DNA of 64,000 nt from Octopus vulgaris (GCA_951406725.2 OX597814.1:114328001-114392000); one strand, 5' to 3'; counted from the first letter of the stretch, positions 39,101 through 49,493 are shown. Made by a program: numbers and translations. Notes: generated by a model not told the origin, from the sequence alone.

Positions 39101-40744
39101 AAACCTTACCCAGGGATTGCAATCACCCCAGGGGTTGTGGAAAGTGACAGTGATGAAGATTATACCGGAGATCCTGATGATTTTATTGGTAATCTTATAT
39201 CTTTCGTTTGTTTCAGTCAGTAGACCACAGCCATGCTGCAGCACCACCTTGAACAATTTTAGTCAAACAAATCAATCTCAATGTTTATTATTTACTTTTT
39301 TTTTAAAGCTGGGCACTTATTTTATCAGTCTTTTTTGTTGAACCACTAAGTTACAGGGACATAAACACACCAACACTGGTTGTCAAGCAATGGCTGGGAA
39401 CAAAACACAAACACACACACACATACACACACACACGCATACACATACACAGAGTTGGCCAAAAGTCACCCGATAGTAAATCAAAATTCCATAAATAATG
39501 TCTGTAATTCTATATTGACTCGAATGGAAAAATGTGTCGCTCAAGAAGGAATTCAGTTTGAACAATTTTCCCGATTTTTAACATTTAGATGCTTTTATTA
39601 AATTCATTCACTTGTTAAACATAAATAAATCTTGGAATTTAAATGGTTTTGATTTACTGTCAGGTGACTTTTGGCCAACCCTGTATATAAAATCACAAAT
39701 GACAGAGAAATAGTTTGATGAAGTTTTATTGAACAGTAAGAAAATTCTAATTTCACAAGATCCTTCCAGGATCTTCCATATGTGTATCACTGCACATCTT
39801 TCTCATTTTCTCTCCAGGGAGTAGAGCTTGAGTCTTTTGTGGCCCCTCCCAGTAGTTCTTCTGTTCCACTGAGTCAATCTTCTTTGTGTAGTGGTGCCGG
39901 GTTGCCTCAAGTTCCGCCACATACTTACAAACATGATAAAAGCTCTTATACGTGAGAATTTGTATTTTATTTAATTGGCAGAAGTTACAGAGTGACTCAA
40001 GAGCTAAGTGCTTCATGCATTAGCACTTACCAAACTTCTGCGTGTGTATGTGTGTCACAAATTCGGTTAATGTGTTCAGGTGCTGGGCTACTGCTTATTA
40101 ATTTGAATGGAAAATCTATTAGTCTGTTCTTTTGAACTTGCAGACTGGACCTGGTTTTCTCTTAAAGTTTGTTCTACAAACTTTTTTGTTTGTCATAACC
40201 CTTCGTTACTGTATTTGAGATGTTCTGTGTTTCTTTTAATTACTTTAAATATAACAAAGAATATAGTAAAATAACTTAGTTATCATTCAATTAGTGTTAG
40301 GAACATAAATTGTGACTAAGGTTTGATGGAAGAATTTAATTCAAAACTTATGGAAACAAGACATTTGTACTACAGAGCCAGAGGCAGTTTCAGCCAGGTT
40401 GGTAACGAAAGGGTTAACATTTTACGGTGTATGTCACCTGGGTTCTATTGTTGGTGCCGTCTTCCACACTCAGACATTCTTAATCTATACACATCTATAA
40501 CTCTTAAAACCTTCATTAATCTTACTTATCTACGACTGAACATTACTAATCTGTAAAAGCCCCCTCCCTCCTCGCTCCTTAATTTGTATAGTCTGAGATT
40601 TCTCTTTAGACAAATCAATTGAATTCTTTATTGTTTTACTTTACAGATGATGAAGAGCACCGAGAGAGGGAGTCATTCCAACGCTTTTTGGAGAGACATC
40701 GAGAGAAACAAATTGAGAAAGTCAAAAGCCAAAACAACAGTTGA
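2163..40744 (+). CDS. GPN1: GPN-loop GTPase 1 (XAB1/Npa3 orthologue), 5'-partial; join(2163-2256,4794-4833,8537-8603,9444-9481,10672-10750,13598-13738,20441-20587,32626-32708,36458-36573,39090-39188,40647-40744)
   Basis: Eleven GT-AG-bounded exons splice in frame (1002 nt) to [84 protein letters not shown].., matching GPN1 (GPN loop, G3 DTPGQ, G4 NKxD). The G1 P-loop exon is not in the window. Confidence 0.97.
4794..4833 (+). CDS. GPN1: GPN1 exon (40 nt) (D)[12 protein letters not shown](Q)
   Basis: ttttcag acceptor; followed by U12-type donor GTATCCTT. Confidence 0.95.
7356..7845. mobile_element. Penelope-like inverted-repeat element with a tRNA-like head and hammerhead motifs
   Basis: Arms ~7389-7591 and ~7631-7845 are reverse complements; A box TGGTGTAGTGG (7606-7616), B box GTTCGATCC (7651-7659); direct repeat atgtagcaggaa at 7344-7355 and 7841-7852 (probable TSD). 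Confidence 0.75.
8277..8494. mobile_element. Degenerate Tc1/mariner-type MITE just upstream of the U12 branch point
   Basis: Imperfect TIRs cgaggtgggtactaaaaagttc / ggatttttcggcaccctctcg; TA on the left. Confidence 0.6.
8537..8603 (+). CDS. GPN1: GPN1 exon (67 nt) [22 protein letters not shown], carrying the GPN loop (8547-8555)
   Basis: Signature LGPNGG motif; gtaaga donor. Confidence 0.97.
9220..9265 (-). ncRNA. Minimal type I hammerhead ribozyme, Penelope-associated variant (best-preserved copy of family 1)
   Basis: Minus strand reads GACAC-CUGAUGA-A-GGCUG(gaggguauau)CAGCC-GAAACGUU-GUGUU: stem I, core, 5-bp stem II, palindromic minimal stem III. Confidence 0.7.
9444..9481 (+). CDS. GPN1: GPN1 exon (38 nt) [12 protein letters not shown](K)
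   Basis: ttcag acceptor, gtatgt donor, phase-compatible with neighbours. Confidence 0.92.
10672..10750 (+). CDS. GPN1: GPN1 exon (79 nt) [26 protein letters not shown]
   Basis: G3 motif DTPGQ; tgtag acceptor, gtaagt donor. Confidence 0.97.
13598..13738 (+). CDS. GPN1: GPN1 exon (141 nt) [47 protein letters not shown]
   Basis: Lies within ORF 13559..13885; tgcag acceptor, gtaagg donor. Confidence 0.97.
13827..14708. mobile_element. hAT-like non-autonomous element
   Basis: TIRs caatggttctcagc / gttgagaaccactg; imperfect 8-bp TSD ggttagat / agttagac. Confidence 0.65.
15257..15733 (+). mobile_element. Two tandem ~225-bp piggyBac-like (TTAA) MITEs with a 23-bp spacer
   Basis: ttaaccc(t)ttcgttacc..gtaacaaaagggttaa termini. 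Confidence 0.75.
16418..16786 (-). mobile_element. Non-autonomous Helitron
   Basis: Minus strand: TC start, CTAG end with subterminal GC hairpin, inserted between A and T; homologous to 44384-44781. Confidence 0.8.
19004..19938 (+). mobile_element. Four tandem piggyBac-like TTAA MITEs
   Basis: TTAA-bounded units starting at 19004, 19253, 19463 and 19707, joined by an aatatataatagagaagcaattc-type spacer. Confidence 0.8.
19978..20366 (+). mobile_element. Full-length tRNA-derived SINE (head A + tail X)
   Basis: A/B boxes; 12-bp TSD atgctatctaca (19966-19977 / 20367-20378). Confidence 0.85.
20441..20587 (+). CDS. GPN1: GPN1 exon (147 nt) [49 protein letters not shown]
   Basis: Lies within ORF 20312..20701; tgcag acceptor, gtaagt donor. 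Confidence 0.97.
22541..23030 (+). mobile_element. 5'-truncated CR1/L2-clade LINE 3' end inserted in a SINE
   Basis: ORF 22533..22949 [36 protein letters not shown] (CR1 ORF2 C-terminus); (ATT)n tail; TSD aagac (22536-22540 / 23031-23035). Confidence 0.9.
27375..27715. repeat. 26-bp minisatellite (~13 units) with a 104-bp higher-order period
   Basis: Unit ~tttttatgtgggaccagcacaggtgc; near-identical ORF starts at 27419 and 27523 are 104 bp apart. Confidence 0.85.
28630..29082 (+). mobile_element. Abundant tRNA-derived SINE with an internal (TA)n/(TG)n tract (other copies ~2390-2800 -, 34490-35110, 37728-38092, 61727-62098)
   Basis: gtggctgtgtggtaagtag..ggttccgggttcagt..tgactgaaacaagtaaaagag recurs many times in the window. 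Confidence 0.85.
29918..30233 (+). mobile_element. Full-length tRNA-derived SINE (head A + tail Y)
   Basis: Same head as 19978, different 3' half, A-rich tail; TSD aggcacagatg (29907-29917 / 30234-30244). Confidence 0.85.
30602..31060 (-). mobile_element. Two tandem TTAA MITEs (reverse orientation)
   Basis: Reverse complement of the 19004 family, including the spacer. Confidence 0.75.
31325..31570. mobile_element. piggyBac-like MITE (second family)
   Basis: TTAA on both sides; TIRs ccctttcgtgccga / tcggcatgaatggg. Confidence 0.75.
31871..32349 (+). mobile_element. Two tandem TTAA MITEs inserted into a SINE
   Basis: TTAA at 31871, 32095, 32122 and 32346; SINE sequence resumes after 32349. 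Confidence 0.78.
32626..32708 (+). CDS. GPN1: GPN1 exon (83 nt) [27 protein letters not shown](Q)
   Basis: G5-like GVSAxTG motif; ttcag acceptor, gtaagt donor. Confidence 0.95.
33375..33935 (+). mobile_element. 3' fragment of an R4/Dong-like non-LTR retrotransposon (restriction-like endonuclease domain)
   Basis: ORF 33458..33808 ..[39 protein letters not shown] (RLE PD..D..K..KY pattern); (AAT)n tail. Confidence 0.85.
36088..36199. repeat. (CA)n microsatellite inside a SINE
   Basis: Direct observation. Confidence 0.95.
36458..36573 (+). CDS. GPN1: GPN1 exon (116 nt) [38 protein letters not shown]
   Basis: Coiled-coil region matching GPN1 EYxPxY..LxRLxxDM; tgcag acceptor, gtaaga donor; phases fit. 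Confidence 0.93.
36697..36925. repeat. Degenerate (CAT/CAC)n microsatellite
   Basis: Direct observation. Confidence 0.9.
38100..38305. mobile_element. Penelope-like inverted repeat, family 1, with a degenerate + strand hammerhead at 38209-38254
   Basis: Head-to-head arms; GGCAC-CUGAUGA-AGGCUG..CAGCU-GAAACAUU-GUGUU; the distal end (37700-37727) is split off by a SINE insertion. Confidence 0.7.
39090..39188 (+). CDS. GPN1: GPN1 exon (99 nt) (E)[32 protein letters not shown]
   Basis: tgcag acceptor, gtaatc donor; phase 1-1; acidic tail as expected for GPN1. Confidence 0.85.
39450..39683 (+). mobile_element. Tc1/mariner-derived MITE
   Basis: TIRs cagagttggccaaaagtcacc / ggtgacttttggccaaccctg-TA; internal [16 protein letters not shown] resembles a transposase C-terminus. 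Confidence 0.8.
40647..40744 (+). CDS. GPN1: GPN1 last coding exon (D)[31 protein letters not shown]
   Basis: tacag acceptor; ExxxFQxF motif like the vertebrate GPN1 C-terminus; TGA at 40742-40744. Confidence 0.9.
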
Positions 40745-40888
40745 TGGTCTCTTTATGGTTTTCATAAAACAGTTTTATTGGATTTTGTATTAAAAAGCTT
40801 CATTTGATCAAATTGTGTTGCTATACTTGTGGAAAAAGTGAGTTTAGCAACTGCAAAGTAGAGGTTTGGGGCTTTTAATATTTCTGTA

Positions 40889-40894
40889 AATAAA
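40889..40894 (+). terminator. Candidate GPN1 polyadenylation signal AATAAA (alternative ATTAAA at 40789-40794)
   Basis: About 145 nt after the stop, followed by T-rich sequence. Confidence 0.55.
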
Positions 40895-42810
40895 AGTATT
40901 CCATTTTTTTCTATTTTGGAAATGGTATTCTTTCATTAAGTAACTTGATCTGAGGGTTTGCATTGAGACTGAAGCAATTACATAGAGATTTAAAGTGGGT
41001 CTTCCACTCTGTCATGAAACTGCACCAATGACTAGATTACAGTTTATCATCATCATCATCATCGTTTTAATATCCACTTTTCTATGCTTGCATGGGTTGG
41101 ATGGTGTTTATTGGAATTGATTTTCCACAGCCAGGTACCTTTTCTGTTTCCTAGCAAAGTAATATTTCTCCATCGCCAGACATGTTTTTGTAGAATATTG
41201 GAAGTCAATGACACTCATTTACAAGTGTCATGCAATATCAAAACAACGGGGACATAAACACACTCACACACATATACATAAATTCATTCATGCAGGTATA
41301 TATGTTCAAGTGTGCGTGCACACACACAAGACTCTTGGGTTAAGAGATATAATACTTCGCCTAATTTAAAGGCATGAGAGATACTCTTAAAAGATCAGAT
41401 TTAGTTATCCTCTCATTAAACCTGGTCCAAAATGTTTTATATTTAAGAAAATATAACTTTTCTATAATGAAAAGCTGTTTCTTAAAAAAGCAAAAATAAA
41501 TTTTCTTCTCTTGGAGAATGAAACACAGCAATTATTCCTCAAGCTCTAATTTTAGTTTAGTCATAACTCCTAACTTATTTTATTGGGTTGGTGCATAATT
41601 ATTGCGGCTTTTTTTCAACAAATTTTATTCCAATCAGGAATCCAATGTGGATTTCGTCTACAGAAACTGAAGGAGGCCCATTGTGTGTGTGTTCATATAT
41701 CACGGTATCGACCAGACTATTGAATGTTGTTATACATCGCTGGTCACAATGCGCTTCACATTGTTTTAGCTTTCAAATGATGACTAGGTGAGCGGATCAA
41801 CAGTCCCTCTGATTGGAAGGCCATCACAGGGTGGCCCATTTACAGATCGATAAAATAAGTACTAGGCTTACAAAAAATAAGTCCTGGGGTTGATTTGTTC
41901 GACTAAAGGCGGTGCTCCAGCATGGCCACAGCCAGATAACTGAAACAAGTAGACAAACAGACAAAGACGAGTGATTACAATACCCTGCTTTCACTTACGC
42001 GCGTGGAGTAATAATAAGGAGTAATAATAATTCATGTGCAACAAAATTCGTCGGGAAAAGGGCAAAAGAAAGGACAGAAAGTGGGGCATAAGTCAGGTAA
42101 AAGAAGACTGCAATGAAAGAATTACATGCACTGTACACAGGAAAAGAAAGACTGGCACACACCGGCACTCTGTCGGTTACGATGACGAGGTTCCAGTTAA
42201 TTCGATCAACGGAAGAACCTGTTCGTGAAAGTAACGTGCAAGTGGCTGAAGAACTCCACAGACACGCGTAACTCTTAACATGGTACTCAGGGAGATTAAG
42301 CGTGGTATAGAATGCGACACGGCTGGCCCCTTGAATAACAGGTACGACTCATTTTTGCCAACCGAGTGGATTAGAGCAACGGGAAATAAAGTGTCTTGTC
42401 CAAGGATACAACGCACCAGCGGGTATCGAACTCAGGACTCTACGATGGTGAGTTGAATACCATAAGTACTAAGCCAAGTGCCTTCATTACACACATGGGC
42501 GCGCGCGTACGCACCCAGTGAAAGACAGGCAAGTGAACACGAGAACCACAAAAAGAAAAGGGTGGACAAGCATGCTAAGAGCAGTGATGGTGAATTTCGG
42601 AAAGCGTGGAATTTTCAGGAAGTTGTGTCCTGATAGTTGACAACTGATGTGGGTATTTATACGCCGGGCTTCTTTCAGTTTCCGTTTATCAAATCCACTC
42701 ACAAGGCTTTGGTTAGCCCGAGGCTATAGAAGAAGACACTTGCCCAAGGTGCCACGCAACCATGTGGTTGTATAGTATTAAGTTAATGTATAAATTACCT
42801 ATAAATTTTT

Positions 42811-43068
42811 GGCACTACTTAAGAAGAGTGGTCCCGGTGCGCGCACTCATGTACTTGCGCATACGCGCTAGCTAGTCGTGACTAGTCGATCCTACAACGA
42901 CTACCTAGCAAAGTAAATAAAACACAAAATAAATAATTTTTTACACAAAGTAAATAATTTTTTTAAAACAAAGTAAATAAAACGAAAACACAAAGGATCG
43001 ACCAGTCACGACTAGCTAGCGCGGATGCGCGAGTGCGCGCACCGGGACCACTCTTCTTAAGTAGTGCC
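42811..43068. mobile_element. Mutator-like (MULE) MITE, 258 bp
   Basis: Long TIRs beginning GGCACTACTTAAGAAGAGTGGTCCCGGTGCGCGCACTC; perfect 9-bp TSD taaattttt (42802-42810 / 43069-43077). Confidence 0.85.
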
Positions 43069-43144
43069 TAAATTTTTATAGCATGCTGACTACCTGATAA
43101 AAATCATTAATCCTTATATTCCATTACAAATTAATAAATAAGAT

Positions 43145-44319
43145 ATATTCTGTTGTGTCTGGGGAGAGTCATTTTCTTTTTGTGCCTTATAATCTAACGC
43201 ACACACCAGTAAAATTTCCACTTTTTTCTTATTTTTATTTTCCTAAAATTGCGTCTTGCAACCTATTCAATAGTCTTGACTCTGTCCGTTATTTACACTG
43301 CATTCCTTTGTGCTCATGTGTGTGGGTCAGTGTGTGTGTGTCTATGCTTGCATGTACGTATGTATGTGTGTGTGTGGGTATGTATGTATGTGGTATATGT
43401 ATACATGTGTGTGTATGCATATATATTGAGAGGCAGTAAATGATATGAAGTCTAAAGAAAGAATACCATTGGTTAAAATTCGAATTATTAAACAACGTTA
43501 AACTTAGAAATTACAATTCCGTTTTCATTTTGGTTTACAATTATGTTTTCTTTTGACACATTCTACCAGTATACGAAGTTTCAAATTGTTTAGTCAACTC
43601 GGAAAATCTGGCCTTCAAAATGAAAAGATCCTATATGTATGTATGTGTGTGTGTGAGCATGTGTTTGTATATGTATGCACCTCTGTCTCCTTGTGTGTGC
43701 ATGTCTGTGTGTATGTGTGTGTATGTTTTGCAACTATGCACCATGTTTGTATGTATGGATGTGCATCTCTATATGTGTGGACACATGTCTCCATATGCAT
43801 CCTTGTGTGGAGACATGTCCACACAGGGAGATGCACATCCATACATACAAACATGATACATAGTTGCAAAACACATACACACACAGATATGCACACACAA
43901 GGAGGCAGAGGTGCATACATATACAAACACACGCTCACAAACACACACATACATAGAAAATACACAAACACGGACATGCAAGCACATGAATATGCAGGAT
44001 AGATACATACAGATGCACACACATACATACATATGCATACACACATATATACATACATACACATGCAAACATACATACACACATACATGCATACATAGAC
44101 ACACACACACACACACACTGACCCACACACATGCGCACAAACAAACAAAAAGGAATGCAGTGTAAATAACGGACAGAGTCAAGACTATTGAATAAGTTGC
44201 AAGACGCAACGAAAATTTTAGGAAAATAAAAATAAGAAATAAGTGGAAATTTTACCGATGACTGTGTTGAATTATAAGGCACAAAAAGAAAATGACTCTC
44301 CCCAGACACAACAGAATAT
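43145..44319. repeat. Nested foldback (inverted repeat) of ~1.2 kb
   Basis: Outer arms ~43145-43400 / ~44050-44319 and inner arms ~43640-43790 / ~43810-43960 are reverse complements; opposite-strand ORFs give near-identical peptides. Confidence 0.8.
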
Positions 44320-44383
44320 GCTTCAACACACGAACTCACATAAAAATATTGCAAACCAAATCCAAAAACGAAAAATAAAATAT

Positions 44384-46203
44384 TATATATATAAAGCTGA
44401 AGTTGTCTGTGTGTGTGTGGCAGGTTTGGTAGCCTTCAACTAACACTATCTCCTCCGAGACCTGGCGGCGCAAGTTGACCAAAATTGAGAGTATGATAGA
44501 AGGCTTGCTCTTCCTTCCGTAGAAGAAAAAATTCAAATCGCGCCATGTCAAGACCAAAAATTATTTACATCAAAAAGGTGCTTTTTTTTCTATGAAAATC
44601 CCTATTTTTTACGATTTTTTGACTGCCGTGTCGCCATTTTTCAGTGTATTTCAACCAGAAAAATGTTCACTTAAAGAGAATAAAAAGCTACATAATTCAA
44701 AATTTTTACTTTTCAAAAAATTCCAATTTCTAAAGGGTCGAAAAGAAAACAAACCCGAGCAACGCCGGGCTATACTGCTAGTAATTATATATCTATATAT
44801 ATAAAACTGTAGTTGTGTGAGTGTCTGTCTCCTACGATTTAGATTCCTAACTCCTCCCACATTTTGCGGTGCAGTTTAACCAAATTCGGGTATCTTATAG
44901 TCGTGATTAATATCGAGCCCGTCTGGCTATTAGCGCGCGTCTACGATGAGTCTACGATTTTAAAAATAATTTAACATAATTTTTTATTCCATTTTAATGC
45001 ATAATTTTTCGTGTGTCGATGGCGGCGGAGTTGGCGTCCATGGTCACACCTGCACCTGTTTGCTTCTCCCCCTTCTTCCCTCCCTCGTGAAGCTATGGGG
45101 AAGGGAGGTAAGGAAATCAACGTCGTAAAGCGTTGTCAAGGAGACCAGCGTTCTTTTAGAACGACGACTTCATGGCTTGAAGACACCAAAACAGAAATGG
45201 CTAAGAAAGCCCGAATTGGCATCTCTAAAGGAAGTAACTCTCTAAAAATGCTTATATAGTTACTTTCCTTACAAACCCGAGCAACGCCGGGCGATACTGC
45301 TAGTCTATATATATAAAACTCTAGTTGTGTGAGTGTCTGTCCCCTTCGATTTAAATTCCTAACTCCTCCCACATTTTGCGGTGCAGTTTAACCAAATTCG
45401 GGTATCTTATAGTCGTGATTCATATCGAGCCTGTCTGACTATTAGCGCGCGTCAACGATGAGTCTACGATTTTAAAAATAATTTAACATCATTTTTTATT
45501 CCATTTTAATGCATAAAATGCATCGTGTGTCGATGGCGGTGGAGTTGGCGTCCACGCTCACAGCTGCACCTGTTTGCTTCTCCCCTTCCCTCCCTCGTGA
45601 AGCTGTGGGGAAGGGAGTGTAAAGAAATCAACGTCGTAATGCGTTGTGAAGGAGACTAGCGTTCTTTTAGAACAACGACTTCATGGCTTGAAGACACCAA
45701 AACAAAAATGGCTAAGAAAGCCCGAATTTATAAGGGAAGTAACTCTCTAAAAATGCTTATATAGTTATTTCCCTTACAAACCCGAGCAACGCCGGGCGAT
45801 ACTGCTAGTCTTTATATATAAAAGAGAGGTTGTGTGCTGTCTGTCTCCTACGATTTAGATTCCTAACTACTCCCACATTTTGCGGTGCAGTTTAACCAAA
45901 ACCGAGTATCTTATAGTCGTGATTCATATCGAGCCCTTCTGGGTATAAGCGCGCGTCTATGATGAGTCTACGATTAAAAAAAAAAATTTACCATCGATTT
46001 TTCCCATTTTTTAATGCATTTTTGGCATATATAAGGGAAGTAACTCTCTAAAAATTTATTAAATCTCAGAACGTAAAAAGTTACAGTAACACCCCCCCCC
46101 TTGTGGTTAGCCATATTGAGATGGCTATTATATTTTACATCTCTAAAAATGCTTATATAGTTATTTCCCTTACAAACCCGAGCAACGCCGGGCGATACTG
46201 CTG
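44384..46203 (+). mobile_element. Array of four non-autonomous Helitrons (~44384-44781, 44792-45303, 45304-45808, 45809-46203)
   Basis: Each ends cccgagcaacgccggg..tactgCTAG (last copy degenerate); units 2-4 start with TC; direct CTAG|TC junctions at 45303/45304 and 45808/45809. Confidence 0.85.
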
Positions 46204-47355
46204 TTATTAAAAAATATATTAAAATATTGTTGAAATATTTTGATTATTGTAAAAGTAAAAACAATTTATTGCATATAAATTTAAACAAAATCTTATTTGA
46301 ACCCCCAAGGGCCACATGGACTCCAATTGAGAACCGCTGCACAAGATAAAGGGTGAAATGATCGAAAGAGTTTGTCTGTGCATGACTACATGTTCACCGA
46401 AAGCAATTACCAAATCATCCTTGATTGCGGGCGACAGCCGTAGTTTAGATGTATCTGGAGGAAAAATTGACGGTATAGTCACGGTTGGAATATTCTTGAT
46501 AATTAAGGGCCGATCTGGAACTAATCAAGAACGTCTATTTTTACATATGGAATCTATTAGAAACTTTACCCTGAGACAGGCTACGGACATTAATGACCAA
46601 CATAGCCAGTGGCTGGACAGTAAGTAGTGAAGCACAAAACTCAACAGTGAACATAACTAATTTATCTTCTTCACCTTCCGACGAAAGTAAAAGCTTTTGA
46701 TGTTGTTAAGTCAGACGATGATATTCTACTCTCTCTCATACTGCCTGAAATCAGCGATTAAATCAGATTTAAACACTAACAAGGCAGATCAACAAACTTG
46801 CTTTATGTCATTTTCTCAATTACGATGTATGATTTTACAGTAATCTAATGCAAAGGCAGAGAGATTCAGCTAATGAACGTGTAATAATAGACTGGAAAAC
46901 ACTTTTAAGTCTTTCGTCATTTGCCCTCGAAACTTATTAAATATTTATCTGCTTGGATATTCTTAACACAATGTCTTACTCAAATTCGCATCACATGCAG
47001 TTCTTTGACATTCTGTATGTCAACCGCCAGTACGTATTATGGTGATTACAAAAGCTACAGCTTTAAGAAGAGAAAAGGAAAAAATACCGACATAGGCGCA
47101 TTCGTGGCTGTGTAATAAGAAGTTTGCTTCCCAACCACATGGTTCCGGGTTCAGTCTCACTCTGTGGCACCTTAGGAAAAGGACTTCTACTATAGTATCG
47201 GGCTAATCAGAGCCTTGTGAGTGGATGGGGTATACGGAAACTGAAAGAAACCCATAGTGCATATATATATATAATAATAAATATTAGGGAATAAATCCAA
47301 ATTTACAAGGAAAAATCAGATTTAAGATTGAATCCAATTTTATAATAAAATATTA

Positions 47356-47695
47356 TATTATAATAAATTAGAGCCAAAACCACTATTATGCAAATCAAAC
47401 AAAGAAAGACTTAAGCCAATTCATAAAATATAAAATAATTTATATAAATTAAAATTTAACAAATGAATAACCACTACGATCGTTTCGTGTCAGCACATCT
47501 TAGACTTCATAGTTTATAAGAAGGTTTAGAAACCACCTGAAGAATGTCTAAGATGTGCTGACACGAAACGATCGTAGTGGTTATTCATTTGTTAAATTTT
47601 AATTTATATAAATTATTTTATATTTTATGTATTGGCTTAAGTCTTTCTTTGTTTGATTTGCATAATAGTGGTTTTGTCTCTAATTTATTATAATA
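47356..47695. mobile_element. Penelope-like inverted repeat, family 2 (~150-bp arms)
   Basis: 47356-47505 is a near-perfect reverse complement of 47546-47695; contains a hammerhead; right arm abuts a Helitron. Confidence 0.78.
47531..47582 (+). ncRNA. Minimal type I hammerhead ribozyme (family 2); predicted cleavage after GUA (47576)
   Basis: AACCAC-CUGAAGA-aUGUC(uaagaugugcu)GACAc-GAAAC-GAUC-GUA-GUGGUU: perfect 6-bp stem I, intact core, palindromic stem III ACGAUCGU. Confidence 0.78.
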
Positions 47696-48075
47696 CTAGC
47701 AGTATCGCCCGGCGTTGCTCGGGTTTGTAAGGGAAATAACTATAAAGCATTTTTAGAGAGTTATAGCCAAAAAATAGCAAAAAAATGGGAAAAAAAATGA
47801 TGGTAAATTTTTTTGAGAGTTAAAAAGGTCGAGTTGCGTCCCCTAGACAGTCTGTGGTTTGCGTTTCTGATTCTCGGCCCCATGTCGAATTTATCGATTA
47901 TTTTCAGAACAGGGGGAACTTTTCAAAATTTTCGCTGCGTTAGTTTTGAATTATGACATTGGGCTATGTGTGTGTCAAGTTTCATCAGAATCGGTTGAAA
48001 GCCGTGGTCAGGGTGAGGGTACAACCAAACAGACACACAGAAACACGCACAGACAAACTGCCGTTTATATAGAGA
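47696..48075 (-). mobile_element. Non-autonomous Helitron
   Basis: Minus-strand TC..CTAG with the same 3' hairpin as the array; A|T insertion site. Confidence 0.8.
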
Positions 48076-48632
48076 TATATATATATATATATATAAATAT
48101 CGTGTACATTAGAACACATTTAGAGGCTTAAATGTAGACGATATTTTATATGAATAATATATAGTCTATTGACTAATTGTTTTTGTGCTAGGCCACTGGT
48201 AATAATAATTTCTATAATTCTTATTACATTAATATTATATATATATATATATACACATTATATACAATGTGTGTTTCTCACCCACCACCGCTTGACAACC
48301 GATATTTGGTGTATCTATGTCCCTGTAACTTGACGGTTCAGCAAAAGAGAGCCGATAGAATAAATACCAAGCTTAAAAACAAAAAGCAAAAAAAATAAAT
48401 AAATAAAACGTGCTGCGATCGATTCGTTTGACTAAAATTCTTCAAGGTGGTGTGCCCCAGCATGGCCGCAGTCTAACGACGGAAACAAAAGACAAACAAA
48501 ACTATAAACACAAATAAATATAATGACTGGGTGGATTGCCTGTTGATTTTGATTTGCTATTGTTTAAATCCGTTTAATCGATATTTCAGAGGGGGCGGTT
48601 ATTGAATAGAATTAATAGCGATGATGTCTAGA

Positions 48633-48633
48633 C

Positions 48634-48680
<47 letters not shown>

Positions 48681-48724
48681 TAATAATAATAATAATAATG
48701 ATGATGATGATAATAACAATAATG

Positions 48725-48773
<49 letters not shown>

Positions 48774-48985
48774 TAATAATAATAATAATAATGATGATGA
48801 CGATAATAACAATAATGATAATAATAATAATAATAATAATAACAATAATGATAATAATAATGATGATGATGATGATAATAATAACAATAATGATAATAAT
48901 AATGATAATAATAATAATAACAATAATGATAATAATAACAATAATAATAATGACAATAATAATAATGATAATAATAACAACGACG
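48633..48985. repeat. Long degenerate (AAT)n/(GAT)n microsatellite
   Basis: Direct observation; source of the poly-I and poly-L ORFs. Confidence 0.95.
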
Positions 48986-49493
48986 ACGACTATTATTATT
49001 ATTGTCATCGTTATGAAAGCTTTCACTTTTGTTGGGTGGGTAAAGGTGGATGGTGGTGAATTAATTGTGATTGCTTTGGCAACGTTTGAAAGTTCACTTT
49101 TCGACAGTTTTTGATCAAACTTAAAATAGCATCAAAACACAGCGTTTAAGTTTTATGGTTTTATAACCTTTTTTAATGAACAAAACATATTAGAACAGTT
49201 TATGTATAATGTTTGAGGTTAGTAAAGTTGTTTTACTTTATAGCAACATCAAAAAGAAAAACAAGCTTGACTCTTTTACTCTGTTTTGCAGTCGTTTGAT
49301 GCGGCCATGCTGGAGCACCGCATTAAAGGTTATTTTTCTTTTCTTTTTTGTTTTTTTTTTTAGTCGAAGAAATCGACCCCAGGACTTATTCTTTGTAAGC
49401 CTAATACTTTATGCCGTCGGTCTCTTTTTGCCGAACCGCTGAGTTACGTGGACATAAACACACCAGCATCGACTGTCAAGCAATGGCGGTGGG

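Noticed and set aside
48612-49114. Poly-Ile/Leu ORFs and other VCVC/THTH/IYIY ORFs (36 kb, 43-44 kb, 50.6 kb, 61.3 kb)
   Set aside because: Stop-free microsatellite translations.
49020-49135. Minus-strand AILS/FDQKLSKSELSNVAKA, reminiscent of the CLCA C-terminal motif
   Set aside because: Needs a frameshift, is very short, and is out of order relative to the IFPP-like segment at ~46460; not enough to name a gene.
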